Source: Longimicrobiales bacterium
Lineage (GTDB): Bacteria; Gemmatimonadota; Gemmatimonadetes; Longimicrobiales; Gaopeijiaceae
Direction: 5' to 3'
Assembly (NCBI GenBank): GCA_965197725.1
Contig: CBDANQ010000004.1
Span: 1 to 10,675, forward strand
Length of the DNA stretch: 10,675 bases
Under the pieces are notes generated by a model, which was given only the letters and a program-made list of their open reading frames with translations, did no database searches and was not told the DNA's origin. The number at the start of each line of letters is the position of its first letter. Positions within the stretch are counted from its first letter, which is position 1. A program made the translations under genes and the position numbers. Below are positions 1 through 8,604 of the stretch, one piece after another.

Positions 1-186
1 ACCGAGTCCGGCGGTGAGGCTCGTGCCGAAAAAGACGACGGCCGGTCGCTCGTTCGGAGACGTCGCTTCTGCCTGTGCGTGGGCGGAGGCGGCCTCCCCG
101 ACATCCGGCTCGCCGGAAGCTGGGTCATCGGGCCGTGCGCAAGTGGCGCAGGCCAGCGTCGAGATGATGAAGAGGAAGCGTCGCAT
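1..186 (-). CDS. GDSL/SGNH-family arylesterase (TesA-like), probably exported or a lipoprotein; 5' part only, runs off the window start
   Basis: Absent from the ORF track. Hand translation from ATG at 186 gives MRRFLFIISTLACATCARPDDPASGEPDVGEAASAHAQAEATSPNERPAVVFFGTSLTAGLG: a signal peptide with Cys, a linker, then SGNH block I (FFGTSLTAG, a GDSL variant). It is divergent from an ABC ATPase plus permease, as in tesA-ybbA-ybbP. Confidence 0.88.
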   Translation of the reverse strand, partial: MRRFLFIISTLACATCARPDDPASGEPDVGEAASAHAQAEATSPNERPAVVFFGTSLTAGLG

Positions 187-873
187 ATGATGATCGTAGC
201 CCAGGGCCTCGAGAAAACCTATGTGAGTGGAGGCCGGCCCTTGCCGGTGCTGAGCTCCATCGATCTCGAAATGGAGCCTGAGTCCTTCCTCGCCGTCGTC
301 GGCCCTTCGGGGAGCGGCAAGACGACGCTCTTGGGTCTCCTGGCCGGACTCGACAAGCCGACCCGTGGTCGCGTATACCTCGACGGCGAGGACATTTTCG
401 CGCTTACCGAAGACGGCCGAGCCGAATTTCGGGTCCAACGGGTCGGTTTCGTGTTTCAAACGTTTTACCTGCTTCCGACGCTGACCGCGCTGGAGAACGT
501 GCTGGTTCCTCTGGAGCTCCGAGGCGCCGCCAAGGGCCTGCGCAGAGAGGCTACCGCCCTCCTGGAGCGCGTAGGCCTCGGTGACCGGCTCGACCACTTT
601 CCCGCTCAACTCTCCGGCGCAGAGCAGCAAAGAGTAGCGCTGGCACGCGCCTTCGCCAATCGCCCGAAGATCCTGTTCGCCGACGAGCCGACCGGGAATC
701 TCGACCAGGAAATCGGTGAAGGCATCGTCGAGATGCTCGGGGAGCTGAATCGTGACGCGTGTACGACCCTCGTCATGGTGACGCACGACCTCTCACTCGC
801 GGCACGGGCACACAGAATCGTGTCGCTCGCCGGGGGCCGGATCGTCTCCGACCGGGCAGGGCAGATAGCTTGA
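187..873 (+). CDS. ABC transporter ATP-binding protein, YbbA/LolD/MacB-like (228 aa)
   Basis: Walker A GPSGSGKT, Q-loop FVFQ, signature LSGAEQQRV, Walker B/D-loop ILFADEPTGNLD, H-loop VTHD. Start placed at ATG 187 (or 190), because the track's extension to 79 is antisense to the esterase gene. Confidence 0.95.
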   Translation: MMIVAQGLEKTYVSGGRPLPVLSSIDLEMEPESFLAVVGPSGSGKTTLLGLLAGLDKPTRGRVYLDGEDIFALTEDGRAEFRVQRVGFVFQTFYLLPTLTALENVLVPLELRGAAKGLRREATALLERVGLGDRLDHFPAQLSGAEQQRVALARAFANRPKILFADEPTGNLDQEIGEGIVEMLGELNRDACTTLVMVTHDLSLAARAHRIVSLAGGRIVSDRAGQIA

Positions 874-2576
874 GAAGCAGGCTGCGGCTCGCGTTCGCTG
901 TGCGCTTCGCGATGCGGGAGAGCCGTCACAGCCTCCGCCGCGTGGGCGTGTACATGGCGTCGATCACGCTAGGAGTAGGAGCTCTGGTCTCCATCCACTC
1001 CTTCCGAGACGACGTAGCACGCTCGATCCAGGAGGAGGCGGACGTGCTCATGGGGGCCAACGCGCGCATGACCGCGGGCCGGGTACTCCCGGATTCCATT
1101 AACACGCTTCTGGATTCGCTGAGCCGGGCCGGCGTCGATATCGCTCGAGTGACGACGGCCGGCTCCATGGTGCTCGCGCCGGCGTCGGGCACCGTTCGCC
1201 TACTGCAGGTGAGGGCGGTGGACGGGGGTTACCCCTTCTACGGCACCGTCTCGACGGACCCGGCAGGTCACTGGACCGAGGGCATCGGCCCGGGTGAGGT
1301 CCTGGTCGATCCCGCCGTGCTCACGCAGCTCGACGCACGGGTGGGCGACACCCTCGTGGTGGGCCGCGCCCGCCTGGTGATTGCGGCGACTGTGGCTGAC
1401 CTGCCGACGGACCTCGGCTTCAATTTCGTGATCGGTCCTCGGGTTTACCTCTCGCAGGAAGCCATGACCCGGGCCGAGTTGCTCGGCTTTGGTTCGCTGG
1501 CCCGCTATGAGGTCTTTCTCCGGTTGCCGGAACGAGACGACCGCTTCGCGCAGCGGGAGCGGTATGGGGACGTGTTCTCGGCCGCCCAGGTGCGCTACAC
1601 GATGGCGGAGGAACAGGCGCAGAGCCTCTCCAACGGTATCCGATTCCTCGGGCGCTTTCTGGCGCTGGTGGGGCTGGGAGCCCTCTTGCTCGGCGGGATC
1701 GGGGTCGCGAGCTCGATCCACGTCTACGTGCGCGAGAAGCGACCGGGAGTGGCGGTGCTCCGGTGCATGGGAGCGAGCCAGTGGACCGCGTTCCTCGCCT
1801 ATCTTATCCAGGCTGGGGCCATGGGACTTCTGGGTTCGCTGGCAGGCGTGGCGCTCGGAGTCCTGGTGCAGGAGACGCTCCCCTTCGTCCTGACCGATCT
1901 GCTACCGGTCGAGGTCAGCACGCGCTTCTCCATCGGTTCCGCCCTCACCGGCCTCGGAATCGGCGTGTGGGTCGCGGTAATCTTCGCGTTGATCCCGTTG
2001 CTCGGGGTGAAGGACGTGCCTCCGTTGCAAGCGCTACGTCAGGACTTCGAGCCCGCGCGTCGACGCGCGGACCCGCTGACGATCGGTGCCTACGCGCTGC
2101 TCGCGGCGAGCGTCTTGATCCTGTGCACCATCGAGGCGCCCGAGCCGGCGCTCGGGCTCGGCTTCGCCGGCGCTCTCTCTTCCGCGGTTGGCGTGCTGAC
2201 CCTCGTGGGCTGGTCGCTGACTCGCCTGACCCGCCGGTTCTTTCCGCGAGGCGCCTCGTACCCGATCCGCCAGGGGGTGTCGAACCTGTTTCGCCCTCGG
2301 AACCAGACGGTGTCCGTCACGCTCGCATTGGGCTTCGGCGCGTTCATCATCGGCACCGTCGTCGAGGTCGAGGGCAACATTCGCAACGACCTCACGGTGT
2401 CGTTCGGCGAGGGGCAACCGAACGTTCTGTTCTTCGACGTACAGACGGATCAGGTCCAGGGCGTGATCGACCTGCTGCCCGAACCAGCCCGGAGCGGCGC
2501 AGAGGTGGCACCGCTGGTCCCGTCCAAGATCGTGACGAAGCCTCCCATCCCTGTGTTGCGGGAAGCGCCCGAGTAG
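870..2576 (+). pseudogene. FtsX/YbbP-type ABC permease, apparently C-terminally truncated (568 aa)
   Basis: TTG 870 overlaps the ATPase stop (TTGA). It has the typical N-terminus (FAMRESRHS...SITLGVGALVSI), periplasmic VDGGYPFYG and GPRVY motifs, FtsX-type helices (LLLGGIGV, LRCMGAS, PPLQALR) and the start of the second half (PNVLFFDVQTDQ). It then ends in ...PSKIVTKPPIPVLREAPE* with no second FtsX domain. Family call is confident; pseudogene status is inferred. Confidence 0.75.
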
Positions 2577-2610
2577 CGAGCGCGGCCCACCCCCCCTTCC
2601 GATCACCCTT

Positions 2611-3039
2611 CTAGTCCATCATGCCGGCCGCCAGCGTCTCGGCGGGGACCTTCAAGGAGGCGTGATGGTGACACCCTTCACACGTGATTGGGTGTGGTGT
2701 GCGAAGCCGGGCGCGTTTCGCCGTGAGGGGCTCGTCACACTTGGGGCACGAGCCCTCCAGTTCGATCAGGGTGAATCGTTCGATCATGCGTCGTCGCGCG
2801 AGGATGACCCCAGCTGCGAGCGCGCCGATCCCCCAAGGGGCGTGGGGCGGGATGATCGCCGCGACCGGCGCGATCACGGCGAAGATGCCCATCGTTGTGG
2901 CGGCGCCGCCGAGCCGCCAACGACGTCCCCGCAGTTGGATGGACGCAAGCGCCTCGGTTGACTCGAACCCAAAGAGAGTGACCCGAACAGCAGTGCGGAT
3001 GAGACCGTCTCGCTCGGAGTGCTGTGTGTCGTCGGTCAA
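2611..3039 (-). CDS. Hypothetical membrane protein with a C-terminal zinc ribbon (about 142 aa)
   Basis: Hydrophobic hairpin (GIFAVIAPVAAIIPPHAPWGIGALAAGVILA) followed by CPKC...CEGC. It fills the gap between the permease and HEAT genes. Start uncertain (TTG 3039 chosen; track ATG 3099). Confidence 0.75.
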   Translation of the reverse strand: MTDDTQHSERDGLIRTAVRVTLFGFESTEALASIQLRGRRWRLGGAATTMGIFAVIAPVAAIIPPHAPWGIGALAAGVILARRRMIERFTLIELEGSCPKCDEPLTAKRARLRTPHPITCEGCHHHASLKVPAETLAAGMMD

Positions 3040-3122
3040 TGCGGAGTGGCAGTCCGTCGCGGGAAGTCGGGCTGAAATGTATGTTCCCCGAGGCCCCATC
3101 CCAAAACCGCGACCGGCGCCCG

Positions 3123-5196
3123 GTGACCCAAGACGCTACCGAACAAGCCGCTCAGCAGGCCTCCCTGTCGAGGGAATTGGCGGAATTCCTGATCGAACTG
3201 TCCATCGGGGTGCATCGCTATGCGATGTACCCAGCCGGACATCCCTCGCACGATCCGGTGCTCGACAACATCATGGGCCGCCTGAGTGAACTCTTCAGCG
3301 ATCGACCTTCGATCGCGATCGGCGTGGCGGCGCGACAGCTGGTCATCGAAGGGACGGCAACGGACCAAAAACATCCAGTGCTTTCCGAGCTCGCAAGGCG
3401 GCTCCACGAACACCAGCTCGGGGCCATCTCCTTCGCGAGGGGTGTGACCGCCTCGGAAATCGCGGGGTTGCTCGAGGTTCTCGCCGTGGAGAGTGGCCGA
3501 GGGGAAACGCCGATCGGTATGCGAGAAGCCGACGACTTTCCGATCTGGGAACATGCCAAGGTCCACCGAGTCGGCTACGAGAAGCTGGAGTTGAGGGATG
3601 AGTCCGACGCCGAGCCCTCGGCAGAGTTGGATCGGGCGACCGCCCTCTGGCTCGGGCTGGCGCAGGTCGCGTTAGCCTCGGACGAAACCTTGGCGGCATC
3701 CCCGGACGCCACCACCATCGCGCGGACCATCGAGGGACACGGGCGCGATGAGACGTACGACCAGGCCATCGTCGGCTACATGCTTCAGCTCACGGACGAG
3801 TTGAAGGACGCGACGGGCGGCGAGTCCGGGAAGGTCCGCTCCCGGGTCTCCACGCTCATGAATGAGCTGAATGAGGACACGCTCGAGCGCCTGGTCACGT
3901 TCGGCGGCAACAGCGCTCAGCGGAAGAGGTTCGTGCTCGACGCGAATCAGAGCCTCGCGGTCGACTCGGTCCTAAAGGTCGTGACCGCGGCCGCGGCAAC
4001 CTCGGAGCAGACGATTTCGTCGTCCATGACCCGCATGCTGAGCAAGCTCGCAATGCACGCCAGCGGCGGGACCGGCGCCGCTGGAGCAAGGTCACAGGCG
4101 GACACCGCGCTACGGGAGAACGTAGAGTCGCTGATCGAAGGATGGGAACTAAAGGACCCGAACCCCGAGGCCTACACGACGGTGTTGGACGCAATGGCGA
4201 CGGCGGCTCCGATCTTTCAGCCCCCGGACGAGACCGACAAGATCACGGGGGCGGTGCGCCTCGTGCAGATGGCGCTGGAGGTCGACGCCTTCGGGCCCAC
4301 CATCAGCAAGGCAGTCCAGGACATGGTCACGCAGGGCGGCACGGGGGGACTCATGGACATGATCGCGACATGTTCCAAGGGCAATGCCGCCGCGGCGACG
4401 ATCAAGCAATAACCTCACGAGCCCGGAGCAGTTTCGAAAGTTCCTCGGCACCGACGATCTGGATATGAAGGCTGTGCGCGCGCTGGTGGCCGAGATGGGG
4501 CCGAGCGCAGTGGCCCCGCTTCTGGACGTTCTCGCCGAGTCCGAGTCGCGTTCGGTCCGGCGCCGGATCTTCGACGTGCTGCCCGGACTGGGTCCGTTCG
4601 TGGGGCAACGCGCGATCGATCGCTTGGACGACAGCCGTTGGTTCGTGACCCGAAACCTGCTGGCGCTTCTCCAGCGTATCGAGCAGCTGCCCACGGGCTT
4701 CGATCCCAAGCCGTACCTCGATCATGACGATCACCGCGTGCGTCGGGAGGCGCTGCCGCTCGCGATGCGGCCCGGTAGCGCGCTTCGCGACCGATCGCTC
4801 GTCACCGCGCTTGCGGACGAGGACGAGCGCATGGTGCGGATGGCTCTCCTGCAGATCCAGGACGGACTGCCCCAGGCCACGCTCCCGACCCTGGTGCATC
4901 GCGTCGTCGCGGCAGCGACCCGTAGCGTGGAGATCCGCACCATGGCGATCCGCTGCCTGGAGCACGTGGATCAGCCGTTGGCACGTAGCGCTCTCTGTGA
5001 GATCGTCGCGGGTGGAAAGATCCTCTTCGGGAAAGCGAGGATCTCCGCGAAGAGCACAGCCGTGTTGGAGGCGCTCCGGATTCTGGCCGCGACGTGGTCG
5101 GGGCAGCCGGAGGTCGACGAGATCCTCGAGCTTGCGAGCAGGTCCAAGGACCCGGGTATTCGAGTCGCCGCGCAGGTCAAGGCGGGCGGGGGCTGA
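3123..5196 (+). pseudogene. HEAT-repeat protein with an N-terminal YPxGHP domain, split by a frameshift at 4410-4412 (about 690 aa if repaired)
   Basis: ORFs 3024..4412 and 4384..5196 join into one protein if one A is removed at 4411/4412 (CAA TAA CCT to CAA TAC CTC, ...IKQYLTSPEQF...). The C-terminal part has HEAT-like repeats (LDDSRWFVTRNLLALL, LDHDDHRVRREAL, LADEDERMVRMAL). Start GTG 3123 is inferred. May be a sequencing error rather than a true pseudogene. Confidence 0.8.
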
Positions 5197-6464
5197 TGGA
5201 CGCACCCGCTCTGTTCCTCACGCACCTGGCCAAGGTCGTGTCGACCATGAACCTGTACGAGGACGGCCATCCTGCCCGGGAACGCGCCATCGACGGCGCG
5301 TACGGCCACCTGGTCGATCTTCAGGAAGAGTCACCCCGTGCGGCCTTCACCTTCCTGGCCGACGAGATCGTCTTCGGCGCTCGCCCTTTGCGGGAGCTCG
5401 GCAACTGGGGCTGGGCAACCCGTCTCGGACAGGTCGGCATCCAGCGCCTCGAGTTCTTGGATGCCGTCAGTCGGGACGACTTCGAGGCTTTCCTGGAGGA
5501 GGTCTACATCCGGATGTCCGGGGAGCCGGTCAGTTCCGCCGAGGTTCGACAGGGCCGACCCTCCAACATCCGCTACGGCGAGGTCGGCCTCCGGGGCCAA
5601 CCACAAGATACCCCCGAGCCAGACGTCGTGACCGCGACCACGGGGTACTCCTTGAGGGAAGAGATCGAGAGCGTCGAGTGGCTTCACGGCGAGCTCAAGG
5701 AGGCACGCCCACTCCAGATGCTGGAGGCCGAAGCAACCGTGCGCTCGCTCTCGGTCGCGATGCATGGAGATCAGGCATACATGATCCCGCTGGTGCGGAT
5801 GAAAGAGTTCGACCAGTACACCGTCACGCACACGCTCAACGTCTCGGTGCTGACGATGGCGCTCGCCGAATTCCTCGGCCTGACTCCGAAGGAAGTGCGG
5901 ATGTTCGGGATCGCCGGGCTGCTGCACGACATGGGGAAGGTGACGATCCCTAGCGACATCCTGAACAAGCCCGGCAAGCTCACTGACGAAGAGCGTCTGG
6001 TCATAAACAGCCATACCGTCGAGGGCGCTCGCATCATCATGACTACCGAGGAGCATCTCGATCTCGCCGCGGTCGTCGCGTATGAGCACCACATCCGAAT
6101 CGATGGCGGCGGGTATCCCGCCATCACCTTCGAACGCGCGTGCCATCAGGCGAGCAACCTCGTGCACGTCTGTGACGTCTTCGACGCGCTGCGCACGCAT
6201 CGCCCGTATCGGGAAGCGTGGCCAGCGGAGCGGGCGCTAGGCATTATCGAGGAGGGCGCGGGCCCCGAATTCGACGAGGACATCGCCAAGGCTTTCGTGA
6301 AGATGATGCGGAAATGGGAGGGGCAGGTCACGGAAGTCTCGAGGGAGGATCCCGAGATCGAGTACACCGTCAGTGACGCGGCTCAAGAGAAGGGCGGCGA
6401 CGGAGCTCAGACGAGCGCGGATGGCAAAGGCGCGCCTCCACCGGAAGGGGGCGGGGGAGCGTGA
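5196..6464 (+). CDS. HD-GYP domain protein, putative cyclic dinucleotide phosphodiesterase (422 aa)
   Basis: ATG 5196 overlaps the upstream stop (TGATG). Motifs DQYTVTH, GLLHDMGK, HTVEG, YEHHIRIDGGGYP, CDVFDAL, RPYR and PEFD are present. The N-terminal ~110 aa is a separate domain with YEDGHP. Confidence 0.93.
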   Translation: MDAPALFLTHLAKVVSTMNLYEDGHPARERAIDGAYGHLVDLQEESPRAAFTFLADEIVFGARPLRELGNWGWATRLGQVGIQRLEFLDAVSRDDFEAFLEEVYIRMSGEPVSSAEVRQGRPSNIRYGEVGLRGQPQDTPEPDVVTATTGYSLREEIESVEWLHGELKEARPLQMLEAEATVRSLSVAMHGDQAYMIPLVRMKEFDQYTVTHTLNVSVLTMALAEFLGLTPKEVRMFGIAGLLHDMGKVTIPSDILNKPGKLTDEERLVINSHTVEGARIIMTTEEHLDLAAVVAYEHHIRIDGGGYPAITFERACHQASNLVHVCDVFDALRTHRPYREAWPAERALGIIEEGAGPEFDEDIAKAFVKMMRKWEGQVTEVSREDPEIEYTVSDAAQEKGGDGAQTSADGKGAPPPEGGGGA

Positions 6465-6476
6465 CTCGGGAGCGCG

Positions 6477-7652
6477 TCAGACAGGCGCAGTAAAGGCTTT
6501 CAGTCGTTCCGCGGCGGCATGCAGTGTTTCGAGGCGCTTGCAAAAGACGAAACGCACGACGGAACGCCCCCCCTCAGGAACGCTGTAGAAGCTTGAGCCC
6601 GGGACGGGTGCGACGCCGCCCTCGCTCGTCAATCGCGTCGAGAAGGTGGTGTCGTCCTCGTCGGAGATCCCGCTGAAATCGGCCAGCACGTAATAAGCAC
6701 CTTGGGGGGTCGTGCATACAAATCCGGCGCCCCGCAGCGCCGAGACGAGAACGCCACGCCGCTCTCTGTAGCCCTCGGCCATCTGAGTGTAGTAGTCCTC
6801 GCCGAGCTCACGAAGACCGACCGCGCACGCCTCCTGCAGCGGCGCAGGGGCGCCCACAGTGAGGAAGTCGTGCACCTTCCGGATCGCCTTCGTGTGATGC
6901 GGCGCAGCCACGATCGTTCCCACGCGCCACCCTGTCACGCTGAACGTCTTGGAGAGCCCACTCACGGTGATCGTACGGTCGCGCATCCCCTCGAAGCCCG
7001 CGAGCACGAGATGCTCACCTTCGTAGTAGATGTGCTCGTAAATCTCGTCGGTGATCGCGAGGATGTCGTGCTCCCGGCAGATATCCGCGATCGCCTGAAG
7101 TTCCTCGCGGTCGAACACCCGCCCGGTCGGGTTGTTTGGCGTATTGATGACGATGGCACGCGTCTTCGACGTCACGACTGCCTCGAGTCGCGCGCGCTCC
7201 AGCCGATAGTCGGGTGCCTCCAAAGGGAGAAACACCGGACTCGCCTGAGATAGCACGGCGTCGGGGCCGTAGTTCTCGTAGAAAGGCTCGAAGACGACGA
7301 CTTCCTCGCCGGGATCGATCGTCGCGAGCATAGCCGAGGCCATCGCCTCGGTCGCCCCGCAGGTCACCGTGATCTCACGCTCCGGGTCGAACTCGAGGTC
7401 GTACGTCTCGCCGTATTTCTCCGAGAGCGCGTGCCGCAGGTTTGGGGTGCCCCAAGTGATCGCGTACTGGTTCACGTCACTCTGGATCGCCGCACACGCG
7501 GCGTCCTTGAGCAGCTTGGGCGCAGGAAAGTCCGGAAACCCTTGCGCGAGGTTGATGGCATCGTGTTCCCGAGCGACGCGCGTCATATCCCGGATCACGG
7601 ACTCCGAAAACGCGTGCGTGCGCTTGGCGGTGCGCAGCATGCGGGCGGTCAT
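6477..7652 (-). CDS. PLP-dependent aminotransferase class I/II (YbdL/DapC-like subgroup, 391 aa)
   Basis: INLAQGFPDF, TCGATEA, EPFYENY, NTPNNPTG, DEIYE and SKTFSVTGWRVG (PLP lysine). ATG 7652 overlaps the GGDEF stop (ATGA); alternative start at 7640. Substrate cannot be assigned from sequence. Confidence 0.95.
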   Translation of the reverse strand: MTARMLRTAKRTHAFSESVIRDMTRVAREHDAINLAQGFPDFPAPKLLKDAACAAIQSDVNQYAITWGTPNLRHALSEKYGETYDLEFDPEREITVTCGATEAMASAMLATIDPGEEVVVFEPFYENYGPDAVLSQASPVFLPLEAPDYRLERARLEAVVTSKTRAIVINTPNNPTGRVFDREELQAIADICREHDILAITDEIYEHIYYEGEHLVLAGFEGMRDRTITVSGLSKTFSVTGWRVGTIVAAPHHTKAIRKVHDFLTVGAPAPLQEACAVGLRELGEDYYTQMAEGYRERRGVLVSALRGAGFVCTTPQGAYYVLADFSGISDEDDTTFSTRLTSEGGVAPVPGSSFYSVPEGGRSVVRFVFCKRLETLHAAAERLKAFTAPV

Positions 7653-8539
7653 TCCGGCCCGGTGTCGTTGTGGCTCGACTCCACATGTTCGAGGCCAAAT
7701 AGCCGCACGCAGTCCCGACCCGCGCTCTTCGCCTCGTAGAGTGCGCGGTCCGCAGCGGCCAGCAGCTCGTCCGGTGAACTCATATCGGAATGGTATGTGG
7801 CGACACCTGCGCTCACGGTCAGCCCATCCCCGTGTCTGAGTTCGGTCTCGGAGAGCGCGGCGCGGATGCGGTCGCCGAAGCTCAACGCGCCTTCGGTGTC
7901 CGTCGACGTCAGGACTGAAATGAATTCCTCGCCCCCGAAGCGAGCAGAGAGATCCATCCGACGTGTCGTGCACTCGAGGATGTCGCCGAACTCGCGAAGC
8001 GCGGCATCACCGGCCGGGTGTCCAAACCTGTCGTTGAACTTCTTGAAGTGGTCGAGGTCGAAGAGCAAGAGAGTGAGTCCCCGCCCGCGTTCGGCGGCGG
8101 CGAACGCGTTGTCGAGGAAGACGCGGCCATGACGGCGGTTCGGCAGCCGGGTCAGCCGATCGGTGAACGCCATGTCCTCGGCCACGGCCCTCTCCTGGTG
8201 GAGCGATTTAGCTAGCCATCCGATGCAAAGTGAGATCGCGACATAGGCGATCACGACCCCGAACAGCATGTCAGGCACTTCCCGCCCGACCAGCGATACC
8301 GCGGCCTGGGTCAGAGAGAGCGTGGCCATCCCGGCCGCCAACGCGGTGGCAATTCCCCGCCAAGCGCGGTAGTAGGCCAGGATGAATGCGGGCAGGAGGG
8401 CAGTCAGCCACAACAACGCGGCGTAGTCGCCGAGTTGCTCCGGGAACTGGAGCGCCCCGATCACGGGAACCGTCAAAGCGGCCATTGAAAGGACGAGGGC
8501 GCGGGGTGGAACGGTCCGGTCGGTGAAGTCGATGGCCAT
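7649..8539 (-). CDS. Membrane-anchored diguanylate cyclase (GGDEF domain, 296 aa)
   Basis: About four N-terminal hydrophobic helices, then TDRLTRLPNRR, DLDHFKKFNDRFGHPAGD, RRMD (RxxD inhibitory site) five residues before GGEEF, TVSAGV and ADRALYEAKSAGRD. Confidence 0.95.
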   Translation of the reverse strand: MAIDFTDRTVPPRALVLSMAALTVPVIGALQFPEQLGDYAALLWLTALLPAFILAYYRAWRGIATALAAGMATLSLTQAAVSLVGREVPDMLFGVVIAYVAISLCIGWLAKSLHQERAVAEDMAFTDRLTRLPNRRHGRVFLDNAFAAAERGRGLTLLLFDLDHFKKFNDRFGHPAGDAALREFGDILECTTRRMDLSARFGGEEFISVLTSTDTEGALSFGDRIRAALSETELRHGDGLTVSAGVATYHSDMSSPDELLAAADRALYEAKSAGRDCVRLFGLEHVESSHNDTGPE

Positions 8540-8546
8540 CTAGAAA

Positions 8547-8574
8547 AGTGTCCACCAGCAGGCAGGAGGGTCAA
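8547..8574 (-). promoter_or_regulatory. Possible sigma70-type promoter giving a leaderless transcript of the GGDEF gene
   Basis: Minus strand reads TTGACC-N16-GACACT-N7-ATG. No Shine-Dalgarno-like sequence precedes the ATG. The -10 match is weak. Confidence 0.3.
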
Positions 8575-8604
8575 CAGCCGTCCACCTGAGGCCGGCCGGC
8601 ATCC

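Noticed and set aside
19..30. GTSL in place of GDSL in the esterase
   Set aside because: The catalytic Ser is retained. This looks like a tolerated variant, not evidence of inactivation.
4402..4416. Programmed +1 frameshift at CAA-TAA-C (prfB-like)
   Set aside because: No slippery codon that allows re-pairing (CAA to AAT) and no internal Shine-Dalgarno just upstream. A simple insertion explains it.
7653..7973. N-terminal extension of the aminotransferase ORF, and similar extensions at 79-186, 759-869, 3024-3122 and 5094-5195
   Set aside because: They overlap neighbouring real genes or intergenic DNA. Downstream starts fit the family N-termini, and three of them (870, 5196, 7652) overlap the upstream stop.
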